A DNA stretch of 64,000 bases. It comes from Heptranchias perlo (Eukaryota). This document shows positions 12,498 to 23,089 of this stretch, piece after piece. Location of the stretch: positions 27,466,001 to 27,530,000 of the forward strand of contig NC_090333.1 in assembly GCF_035084215.1 (NCBI RefSeq), written 5' to 3'. Made by a program: the position numbers and the translations under genes. Every line of letters begins with the position of its first letter. Within the stretch, counting starts at the first letter, position 1. Below the pieces are notes generated by a model. The model saw only the letters and a list, made by a program, of their open reading frames with translations, ran no database searches and was not told where the DNA came from.

Positions 12498-15351
12498 GTA
12501 AGCTGAGTGCAGGAAAGTGAGAAGATGAAAGAGAGGGAGAGAGATTGCATAACAACAACAAAGGTTGTTGGTAGAAGTGGCACAGAGATACAGCTGGGAT
12601 AAGTGCCTGCAAAGGATTCATGAGTGGCAGAAAGCCTGAGCCTGAAGTTCAAATGAGGCACAGTGAAGCCCAATGTTGTGTTAGAAGGAGCAGAAGGGAG
12701 TACCTGCAGAGAGCCCTGAGTGCCTAGCAGCTGAAAGCACTAAGCGAGATAGCAACCCATTGTAAAATTGAGCATGCTAGTCTGAATAGCCCTGCCATAT
12801 CTCACCCAAATTGGAAGAAGAATCTGAAAACTGGAATCAGTTGCAATGTCATGAAACAGTTAAGAACATCTGTGGACTTGATGCCTGCAGGCACAAAAGA
12901 TTAGTCCAGGCTGGTACTAGGGAGAGGGTTACACAATATGCAACTTTATAAAGTACAAGGATGTATGATATGCTGTGAAGGTAAACTGTACTTTAGTGTG
13001 CTGAGAGTTTTGCCTGTTACTGCAATGTGTAGCAAAGCGATCCAGACCCACTTCCACATTGCCTGTTAATAAGTTAGTCGCATTATCACCGCTTGTTTTT
13101 TTGAGCTGGAATTAAGGACCATTAATAGCCTCAGGAAGGTAAATGACGCTGAAGTTTATAGTATGACCAGGTACTGTATAGTACCACTTTTTGTCCCAGT
13201 TGGAGGTACAAGTAGCTTTATTTTCATAATTTAATAGTGCTTAATTGTTTATCCCTCCCTTTTTTCGAGAACTTTTTATAAAATATGTGGCTGAAATCCT
13301 AGGAGTGAAGTGAAACGTAAGGTAGGCGTGGGTGAACGAGGGCAGAACAAATCATGTGCTGTTGCTGGGAGGTGTTGTCAGTCAGTTGAGGAGGAGCAAG
13401 TGCCACAGAGACTGAACAATGCTAGTGAGTGTGATGCTGAATCTCGTGTCCTTCTACCTTTCGTTTATGTTTACTTCTTCCATCTGTGTCATCAATAGAC
13501 TTAGTTTTTCTTTCCTTGTTCAGTCAATTTCAAATGGCTATTTTGAGAAAAGCGTGGCACCAGTTGAAAGGATAAAGGCTTTATTTATCACTTTTTAAGG
13601 AAAAAACCATCATAGTGAAGAATATTGAATTAATGTTAAAGCCAACATAATTGTGTGTTGCAGGACAAAAGGGCGAGGTCAAAGGTTATGGAGGGCCAAG
13701 AGTAGGATTAGTATCCCTTCTTAATAAAATCTGTATTAACCACTGCCTAAGGGCATGGCTAAGATCAGGAATTTGCTACATTGAGAAATGTAGCACACTG
13801 TGATGATACATCAATGTACTTTGCTATCTTCATTCCTTTTACCTTGATGTCTTGAAAATGGGAATATTATAAAACATGGAAAGACCATTGGGGGAGGGGT
13901 TAAAAAGCTTAGCAAACACTTTGCTATATAATCTAAAACTTTTTACAGTCAAACTGACAAAGCCACAGGGGTCAGGAAATGTAGCTGCAGGTCACAGAGA
14001 CAATGCTGAAGTCTTCAGTCCACAAATCACCAAAATCTTTTGTATATTTCCTTTGTTTTCTGTTGTTATTAAAGAAGAAAACAAAACAATTGCCAGATAT
14101 TTCTAAATGTTATAAACATTGTTCTGGTGTCTCTGAATCTTCCCTTGACCTTTTAAAGATGCTGGTTAGGAGCCATTAGGAGCCATCAGGAGCAGATAAT
14201 TTGTATAGAATTCTCTCTGATGTATTCTCTCTGATGTACTGTCCATAGCATACTATCTCATTGCCTCCATTTATATCGTCACTGGAGCACAGCCCTGTGA
14301 TGTCAGTGGGAGAGACATTCCACACATGTCTACTCCTTGTCTGCCTTTGACCAGTAGTTTTAAATGATAAACTTGGGTACAGAGGAGGCCTGAAAGGCAC
14401 TAGACAGCATAAATATTGAAACAAACAGGGACATCCATCGCATTTCAAATCATAAGTCTATATTTTTAATATCTGTTAGAGATATGATCACTTTAAATTT
14501 TTTGTGCAACAGGCAGCTAAGCTGAATCTATGGCCTTTCATCCACACTCAGCAGACAAGGCATTATTCGTATGCAAATATATTTTGATTCTAAAGCAAGT
14601 AGAAATCACTTACAAAAGACTGCACTGGTACCCTTGAGGCCTTCTGCAACCAGTGGGCACCGCAGGGACTGGAGTGTGTAGTGAATAGTGAAAATAATAT
14701 TATTATTTAATTTGATAAGTTTCCTTTCTTTGGTAAGATTTGGGTGTTTATTGTTTGTGCCCCTCTAAAAAGGGAGCACTTTTGTTAGATTTCTTTTATT
14801 TGCGTTGATGACAGTGGGGCAACCCAGTGTCTCTTAATGGGTAGTTTAGAGAAGGCTTACAACAGACTGCTTGCCTTGTCCTGAATACAATAAATTTAAA
14901 TTGAAGAGCTTGGTAACATATGCAAATGGATATCACTTTAATTTGATTAACTTTTTTCAACTGTGGAAGGCACCTTTTGATTTCCTCTACCCCAGATTGA
15001 ACTTCAAAGGATGCGAGAGGTATTTTCCAGGCAGCATGTTCCCAGCTACTCCGTTCTTATGCGATCTGGAGATATATCTGGAGATTCTGTAAGAACAGAT
15101 TACTCTTCAAGTGACGAACAGGGAGTTATTATCTGAGGTTACTGCCAGAGTTAGTATTTAGCTTGAAATACAAATGCTGCTGCAAACAAGATCCATAGCT
15201 TTTGTACTCGATTGAATAGACATGGCATTACTCCAATGCAAATACATTCTATTTACATAACTTGTCAAGAGTAGGTGTTCTTCAGCTGAGAACTATTTGA
15301 CACAGTGGCTGCAGATAGTGCATTAAGACTAAAGGAATTTTCAACTAGGTG

Positions 15352-15680
15352 ACAACAAGAACAACTTGCATTTAATGTAGTAAAACATTCACGGGGGCGA
15401 TTATCAAACAAAATTTGACAACAAGCCACAAAGGAGATATTAGGACAGGTGACCAAAAGCTTGGTCAAAGAGGTAGATTTTAAGGAGGGGCTTAAAGGAG
15501 GAGAGAGAGGTAGAGAGGTCGAGTGGTTTAGGGAAGGAATTTCAGAGCTTAGGGCCGAGGCAACTGAAGGCACGGCCGCCAATGGTGGAGCGAAGAAAAT
15601 CAGGGATGTGTAAGAGGCCAGAATTAGAGGAGCGCAGAGATCTCGGAGGGTTGTAGGGCTGGAGGAGGCTACAGAGGTAG
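15352..15680 (-). mobile_element. L2-clade LINE 3' fragment
   Basis: ACAAC tail plus GGACAGGTGACCAAAAGCTTGGTCAAAGAGGTAG block, repeated at 17420-17865, 35625-35810, 36570-37100, 38440-38680 and 45850-46500. Confidence 0.75.
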
Positions 15681-17419
15681 AGACATATGGATTTGTCCCC
15701 AATACCTATTAGATGGTTACTTCAGACATCTTCTTTATCTATAGATGTTTATCTGGAAGTTTTATTTGATTTTGAGAGATACATTTGTGATTTCCTTTGT
15801 GCCTAGTCAAATTTCAAATGGCACCATGGGTATATCCAGGAGACCATGCTTACAGTTCACCAGTTCTTCTGAGGCCATTAAGATATGGGCTGGAGACAAT
15901 GTGAGTTTGATGAAACCCCACATATGTTACGGACACAGATCCAAGTTTAATGTCAGTAGAGTTAAAGGTGAAACATCTTTTTTGACATTTTTTATTGAAA
16001 GTGGGAGTGTAAGTTAAAAGTTTTGTAATAATAGTGCAAATTGCTATGTTGCCTTTGCTATGGCTTATCTGTTATTTTTAATAAACTTGTTCTGTATTCT
16101 AAGCCATGTTCTGATAGTGTTCTACCATTTATCAAAGTCTAGGAGATCACAAGAGGGCTCATGTCACATCGGGTAAACTAAATACAATAATGAGGGCAAT
16201 GTTTTAATTCCCAGATATTGGGCACATGAAGGTAAACTCCGATTTGTAGGCAATGTGAACCTGCCCACAGGAGTGACCTTTGACATTGAGCATGAGGAAA
16301 AGCCCAAAACAAAACTCTCACAAATAACTCTTTGCTGTGGATGCTCGGGGTCTGTATTGTTAAGAGAGTTGGTGAAAAGTCCCATTTTTTATCTTTTGAG
16401 GCCCTGAATGAGAGGAGATAAATATTGTCACAACAGTTGTGATCAACTGCAAGAAGAGGTATGCTCTTGGGGTTAACATCATTATACAGCCTCTGTATAA
16501 AAATTCACTGAAGTGTTTGGCTACTCAACTTACCAGACCAACAGCACCATTTTTATGCATTAATAATGAAGTTGGACTGTTTGTATTTGTTCTAAAATGT
16601 GTTCCAGGAAGTTACTAGTTACATGGTAACTACATGTAAATTGTTAGCCAAAACTGTACCATGTCTCTAAATATAATTTGAGTTCAGGCCTTTCGAATCA
16701 GATGTCACTACATAAAAAGGTATATTAAAATCAATTTAAGTTTTATTTGTGACAGACTTCGAGTATACTAGCAAAGCAGCAACATGGATCAGTGTAAGAG
16801 GACATTGCATTACATTCCGCTTTGGAGCAACCGAGCCAATTCAGAACACCGTGATCACAGTGATATTTTGTCTGCCATGTGAGCCACACCAGTCAAGCTT
16901 TCTTTCTTCTGTGGTGGATTCAGTGTAGCTCCCTGTCTAGGTGTAGACCCTCTTGCTCTATACCCTTTCTTATCACTGCTACGTGACAGTCAGCATGTCT
17001 TACTGGCCACAATTCCCCTTTGTTTCCCAGACTTTACATGTACTTTATTACATTTGTCGGAATAAATGGCGCTCTTTTGCTGAAGCAATACTCTGGTGTC
17101 CTTGCACTTAGCCCCAGTAAATGCTAGCTACCTTATCACCCACCACATTCTTATCATCTCTGATAACTATTCTACCTTGGGAGTCTGCTATTGATTCCCA
17201 GGTCTTCAGTCCCTTCAAATCCTCCCAACCTCAGCACTTGCCACAAGTGCATTCCCACAGTTACAACGTGCTCAGTAATCTTATCTATATAGAAACAAAT
17301 CATTGGCAGTACTACAATAGCAAACTTCACCATATCATTCAGCCACAGGAATCTTACAGCTGCTCTAATGAACCCTTTCCATTCCAATCCATCTCATTCA
17401 CCCAAAGTTATTATCCAAC

Positions 17420-17865
17420 AAACAACAACAACTTGCATTTATATAGCACCTTTAACGTAGTAAAACGTCCCAAGCTGCATCACTGGAGCATTATCAAACG
17501 AAATTCAACACCGAGCCACATAAGGAGATATTAGGACAGGTGACCAAAAGCTTGGTCAAAGAGGTAGGTTTTAAGGGGCCTCTTAATGGAGGAGAGAGAG
17601 GTGAAAAGACAGAGAGGTTTAGGGATGGAATTCCAATGCTTAGGGCTTAAACAGCTTAAAGCACAAAGATAGAGTGATGAAAATCGGGGATGCGCAAGGG
17701 GCAAGAATTGGAGGAGGGTTGTAGGGTTGGAGGAGGTTACAGAGATAGGGAGGGGCGAGGCCATGGAGGGATTTGAAAACATGGATGTGAATTTTACAAT
17801 CGAGGTGTTGCCAGACTGGGAGCCAATGTAGGTCAGCGAGTACAAGGGGTGATGGGTGAACAAAT
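17420..17865 (-). mobile_element. L2-clade LINE 3' fragment
   Basis: (AAC)n tail and the same conserved block; minus-strand translation ...LKTYLFDQAF. Confidence 0.75.
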
Positions 17866-17989
17866 TAGACATGGGAGATATCTGACAGTGATCTCTTTAT
17901 TTTATTTATCCAATAGTCAGACCTGATTGAACAATATACAAGTAACAATGTTGATCCAGTCTTCACCCAATATCCACACATGCACTTTC

Positions 17990-18385
17990 CAACAAACCTG
18001 AGTCAAAGGCTATGGGTTCAAGTCTCACTCCTGAATGTGAGCATATAATCTAGGATAACAGCCTAGTGGAAGAATGAAGGATACTATACTACAGGAAGTG
18101 TCGTCCTTTGGGTGAGATGTTAAATTGAGGCACCTTGCCTATTACAGTGCTGCAGGTGGACATTAAAGGTCCCATGGTCCCTCAACCAACACCACTAAAA
18201 ACAGATTGAACTGCTTATTGGTCTGATTGCTGTTTTGTGCTGGTGCATTTACCCACATAGACAACAGACACTGTATTTCAAAGCAATTAATTTCACGTCA
18301 AGTACTTTGACCTATGTTCCTATGACTGTTTCTGGGGAAAGGATACCAGTAAGGTGCTATATAAATGCAAGTTTTTCTTTTCTTT
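17990..18385 (+). mobile_element. Deu-type SINE copy, diverged
   Basis: B-box-like GGGTTCAAGTC near 18015; 3' end GTGCTATATAAATGCAAGTTTTTCTTT. Confidence 0.55.
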
Positions 18386-18654
18386 CTCAAGAGTCACTGG
18401 ATATCAATCAGGACCAGAAACCATGGCCAACTTCCGGCCTCTTAGCCCAGGGGTGGTGAAAAGCAATTGAGGCGCTACTACTGTTATTCTGGTTGAGATC
18501 AGCTAACTCAGTCAGGACAAATTGGGAATCAGTCCTAGGGTATTCTGGTCTGTATGGCTCAGTTGCATACTGCCTTTACCAACCAAAATGATCAACATTT
18601 AACTAGATAAAAAGTCTTACAATAGTAAGAAAAAGAAACGGTGAGATAAATATG

Positions 18655-18800
18655 AAACAAAAACAAAATACTGTGGACGCTGGAAATCTGAAATAAAAAC
18701 AGAAAATGCTGGAAACACTCAGCGAGTCAGGCAGCATCTGTGGAGAGAGAAACGGTTAACGTTTCAGGTCGATGACCTTTCATTCATAAATATGAAACAT
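18655..18800. repeat. Penelope-like element remnant
   Basis: AAAACAGAAAATGCTGGAAACACTCAGCGAGTCAGGCAGCATCTGTGGAGAGAGAAAC...GTTTCAGGTCGATGACC. Confidence 0.6.
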
Positions 18801-19199
18801 GTTAACTCCGCATTGTGACATCACAGAATGCGGAGAACTTTTGCTTTGTGTCCTTTATTTGTTGTGTCGTTGTCATAGCTGCGGGTGGAGGGACAGTTTT
18901 GATCTGCTGATGTTTTATCACGGTTCCTGCCTATTGGTGGCATCAGCATTGCTGAGGGAATTGCGTGATGAGAAATGTCTGTTTCACTTTAAAGAGTCTG
19001 GTGCCATATAAGGAAGAAGAGTTGCAAATTGGTGATGGCCACTATTTCACGCTCAGCCTTGCAGTACAAACTGCTTTAGCCATGCTCAAGCGGAGGAAGG
19101 AAATTGGCCCACCATTCACTGTTTTCCCCACGTTTATCCAGAACTGACAAGAATCATTCAGTCCTCAAAGGGTTAACATTCCACAAGCGTTCCAATCCA

Positions 19200-19294
19200 G
19201 GGGACATCCTGCGGTTGCGTGCTGGGGCAGCAGGGAGACCAGAGGTCGGGTCAGGCACCCAGGGAGAGACAAAAGAATGAAAATCAGCAGCAAG
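19200..19294 (+). other. Candidate non-coding first exon of SELENOP2
   Basis: Locally CpG-richer region ending in donor CAAG|GTAAAG (19294/19295). The SELENOP2 ATG exon has an acceptor at 22867, so an upstream exon is required; the 5' boundary is a guess. Confidence 0.35.
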
Positions 19295-19579
19295 GTAAAG
19301 TGCCCACTGATTTATGTTGTCGCTAAAGGCGAAACATCGTTTAATACGACGTAAGTCAGCTGTTGTTTTTAAGGAAACGTCTCTATGTTCATCATTTGAA
19401 CCGCATGGGTTTAAAACTTTTCATTGCTAACCATGATAAATCTTTTCTAAACGTCCGAATTCAACCTATTGCTATTGTAAGTGGGTTTTTTTTTACGTTC
19501 AGAGTCTCCAAACTTGATAACGAAATTGCAACTAAATAATTTTGCAATGTGTCTGGACTTTTTCAGCGGTGCACTTTTG

Positions 19580-19716
19580 CCGGTTTTTTAATTCTTGTAT
19601 CTTATCCGGTTTTTTAATTCTTGTATCTTATCCGGTTTTTTAATTCTTGTATCTTATCCGGTTTTTTAATTCTTGTATCTTATCCGGTTTTTTAATTCTT
19701 GTATCTTATCCGGTTT
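19580..19716. repeat. Perfect 26-bp minisatellite, 5.3 copies
   Basis: Unit CCGGTTTTTTAATTCTTGTATCTTAT starts at 19580, 19606, 19632, 19658 and 19684, with a partial copy at 19710. Confidence 0.97.
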
Positions 19717-20774
19717 CATTTCTATTCTGATCATGCGCTTTGTTGCAGCAGGAGTCGCCGATTGCTCCATTTTCTGATGTATGTAACAAGTCAACAACAT
19801 TTTAAAAAACACCTGCCCTTCCCCCCGTCCCTGCAATCTTGCACGGTGCGCAGTTTATGGTGAAATCGATAAGGTCTCTGGCCCCGGCTGTTCTCTGTCA
19901 AGGTTTACATGTGAGTTTGCCCCATCCCCCGGCAGCGAGGTTACTTGAGGCTGCTTCAAATAGAACAACGACTGTTGCCATGATCAGAACATTTGAAATG
20001 GGGAGTTTGGTGTTTTTCAGAAAAATACTGGCATAGTTCACAAACCCGCTGAACTGATTTTAACAAATCAGAGAATACACTTTTTCACAGAATAATATCT
20101 GAGCCAAGGTGAATGACCAATTTTGTATTTCACTGCAAGTGCCACTTAGCATTCCTTTTTTTTGGACAGCTGGGTGTGATATATGGGGAAACCTATCATG
20201 TTTTAAGACCAATCTACTAAGAAACTTATACAGGATAAGTTTCTGTTTGCTTAATATGGAGTGAGTATACTCTTCCTGTAGGGAAGCAGCCCTTTTACCT
20301 AAATCCAAAGGTGTTGGATTGTTGGCAGATGTTGGCAAAGTTTTAGGGACCCATAAGTGTGTTCCAGGGGCACTGTTGAAGTCTTGTCAGCTAAAATCAT
20401 GAAACACAGCATTGATAAGCTTCCCACTGCTTGTCTAGCCATGCCGCTTTACCTATTAGGATGTTGGGCTTATAGAGAGTTATCCGGAGCTGAATGGCAA
20501 GAATCCCAACCCCCAATGACAAATCCCATTGGTGAGCCAGTCAGGAGTGCTCTGGAGTACTGCAGACTTGCCTGGTTCAGGTATCAGATTGCTGAGTAGC
20601 CACAGAGAATTGACTTGGTTGCAAACTTCCATTGTCAGGTGTCATCTTGAAGACGCTGACACCCCATTTACCTACACCCACCCAAGGAGGATAGCAATTT
20701 ATCATTAGACAACTGACAAGCGTGAGTTTGAGCCCTCACTAGATGGCAGTAGGAATCAGGAGCTCCTAAAGAAC

Positions 20775-21595
20775 TTTTTTAAAATTTCAAAATACTTTAT
20801 TCCATAAAATTTAAAGATACACACAGTTTACACATCGTTCAAATAAGGGACATAAAATGCAGCAATACAGTGCAGATCATATACACTATGATCTAATTAT
20901 TACAATTTTAAAACACCATACATTTTTTTAATACATTCTGTACAGTACAGGGTGGGGTGGCTTTAAACGGTGGCCTTTCCCCATAGAGCCTTTGCGTAGG
21001 TCACGCTTCGCTTCAGTGTGTCCCATAGCACATACTCCTGGACCTTGGACTGTGCCAGTCGGCAACACTCGGTCATGGACAGCTCCTTTAGCTGGAAGAC
21101 CAGCAGGTTTCGGGTGGACCAAAGGGCCTCCTTCACTGAGTTGATGGTCTTCCAGCCGCAGGTGATATCTGTCTCGGTGTGCGTAGCGGGGAGCAGCCCG
21201 TAGAGCACAGCGTCCTGTGTTACAGAACTGATGGGGATGAAATGGGATAGATACCAGCGCATCTCTCTCTGCACAAAAGGGCAGCCCATCAGGAGGCGGA
21301 CGACAGTCTCCTCCCCACTGCAGCCTCGAGGGCAGCTCACGGTGGCGCTGAGATTCCGTGCGTGTTGGAAGGACCGCACTGGAAGGGTCTTTCTCGCCAC
21401 TATCCAGGCTACATCCTGGTGCTTGTTTGTCAGTTCTGGGGACAAGGCATTCTGTCAAATGGCATCGACCGTCTGGTCAGGGAAAAGCCTGATCGAGTCC
21501 ACCCTCTCCTTGCCTTGCAGGACTCTTGACGTTTTGTGTCGACCACAGTCTGACGGCTTGTGGTCGAAGGGATTCCTCCTCAGGAACTTGGAGCG
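20775..21595 (-). mobile_element. L1/Tx1-clade LINE, 3' fragment of ORF2
   Basis: ORF 20963-21445 SPELTNKHQDVAW...CPRGCSGEETVVRLLMGCP (degenerate C-terminal zinc knuckle)...KEALWSTRNLLVF; minus-strand AATAAA and A-rich tail near 20780-20800. Confidence 0.85.
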
Positions 21596-21740
21596 CCTAA
21601 AGAACAGCATGGTGAGCAGCATAACTTACCATTCCTTTACTGGGAGAGTGGGCAGGCAACCAAGTTTCCTAGCTCTCTGCCATTGCTTCTTTGTTATCAT
21701 GGGGAAAATGACCAAAACATTCAGTTGGCATTTCTAGAAA

Positions 21741-22182
21741 GAAATGCAAGAAAGAACTTGCATTTATATAGCGCCTTTCAAAACCTCATGATGCCCCAAT
21801 GTGCTTAACAGCCAATGAGGCACTTTTGAAGTGTAGTCACTGCTGTAATGTAGGAAACGCAGCAAAGTCCCACAAACAGCAATGACATAAATGACCAGAT
21901 CATCTGTTTTTAGGTTTTGGTTGAGGGATAAATGTTGGCCAGGACACCGGGAGAACTCCCCTGCTCTTCTTTGAATAGTGCAGTGGGATCTTTTATATCC
22001 ACCTGAGAGGGCAGACGGTGCGCCAGATTAACGTCTCATCTGAAAGACGTCTCTCCCAACAGTGCAGCACTCCATCAGTACTGCACTGAAGTACCAGCAT
22101 AAATTATGCGCTCAAGTCTCTGGAATGGGCCTTGAGCCCACGATCTTCTGATTCAGAGGCAGGAGTGCTACCACTGAGCCAA
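21741..22182 (-). mobile_element. Deu-type SINE, near full length
   Basis: Well-preserved copy of the 5915-6405 family. Confidence 0.75.
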
Positions 22183-22883
22183 TGATCTACCGAAGGATTA
22201 ATGATTGCAATGTATCTTTGCAGAGATTATTATGTTATAATCCACTGTTGATGACCAGAAATTAGTCATGTTGTAATTCTTTTTATTGTTTGCATTATGT
22301 CTAGTTTTTTTTCTTAAAAACTACCTCTTCTGAGGTAAAGGTCAAAGTTACCCACATATAAGCCATGTTGGGGTGGGCAGCTTTGAACACTGGTCTATTT
22401 TCAGGGAAGTACAGTATGGCCTCACAAATGAGATACACAGTACATTGTTGCAAATACATCTGTGTTATATTCCTTTTACCACACGTTTGAAAAGTGGAGT
22501 TTGGAGCTGGTTGGAACACCTGCTAAATGGTATCACTGAGAATACACACACAGAGTTCATATGTATGAGACAATCTTTAGTTGGGTAACGTAGGCACATA
22601 AAACAATAAATGTCATGTACAGAGTGTTTCAGAGTTTATGAGTAGGACTCTGGCATAAAAAGTAAACTGAATCTATGAGTCCCAGAGTTTATAATTTCAG
22701 TTCACACCAGGAAATCTGCAAGAGTTGGATTTTACTGGGGTTTGCTGTTGAGTCTTTTCCAGAATAAAGTAGGTATACTGGCTCATTGGAGCCTTTTGCG
22801 TCTCTGATGTTGTTTTAAAAAATTTTCGTTTTAAAGAAATTCACTGTCTTTCTACTCTAAATTGTAGGGATGCGCAAGAAATC

Positions 22884-23089
22884 ATGATGGGGCTGGAGAT
22901 GTCTTTACTCACTATTCTTTTGGGGCTAACAATTACTATGGCAGTAGCAAAGAATGAAATCAGAATCTGTCAGGTGGCCCCTCACTGGGAGATTGCCAAC
23001 CAGAGCCCAATGGAGGAGCAGTTTGGCCAGGTGGTTGTGGTGGCCCTTCTCAAAGCAAGCTGACAGTTCTGTCTGACGCAGGCAGCCAA
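22884..23089 (+). CDS. SELENOP2: SELENOP2 coding exon 1 (signal peptide, UxxC with in-frame TGA)
   Basis: Acceptor TTGTAG ends 22867; ATG 22884; TGA is codon 60; donor AA|GTAAGT at 23089/23090. Absent from the ORF track because of the TGA. Confidence 0.92.
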
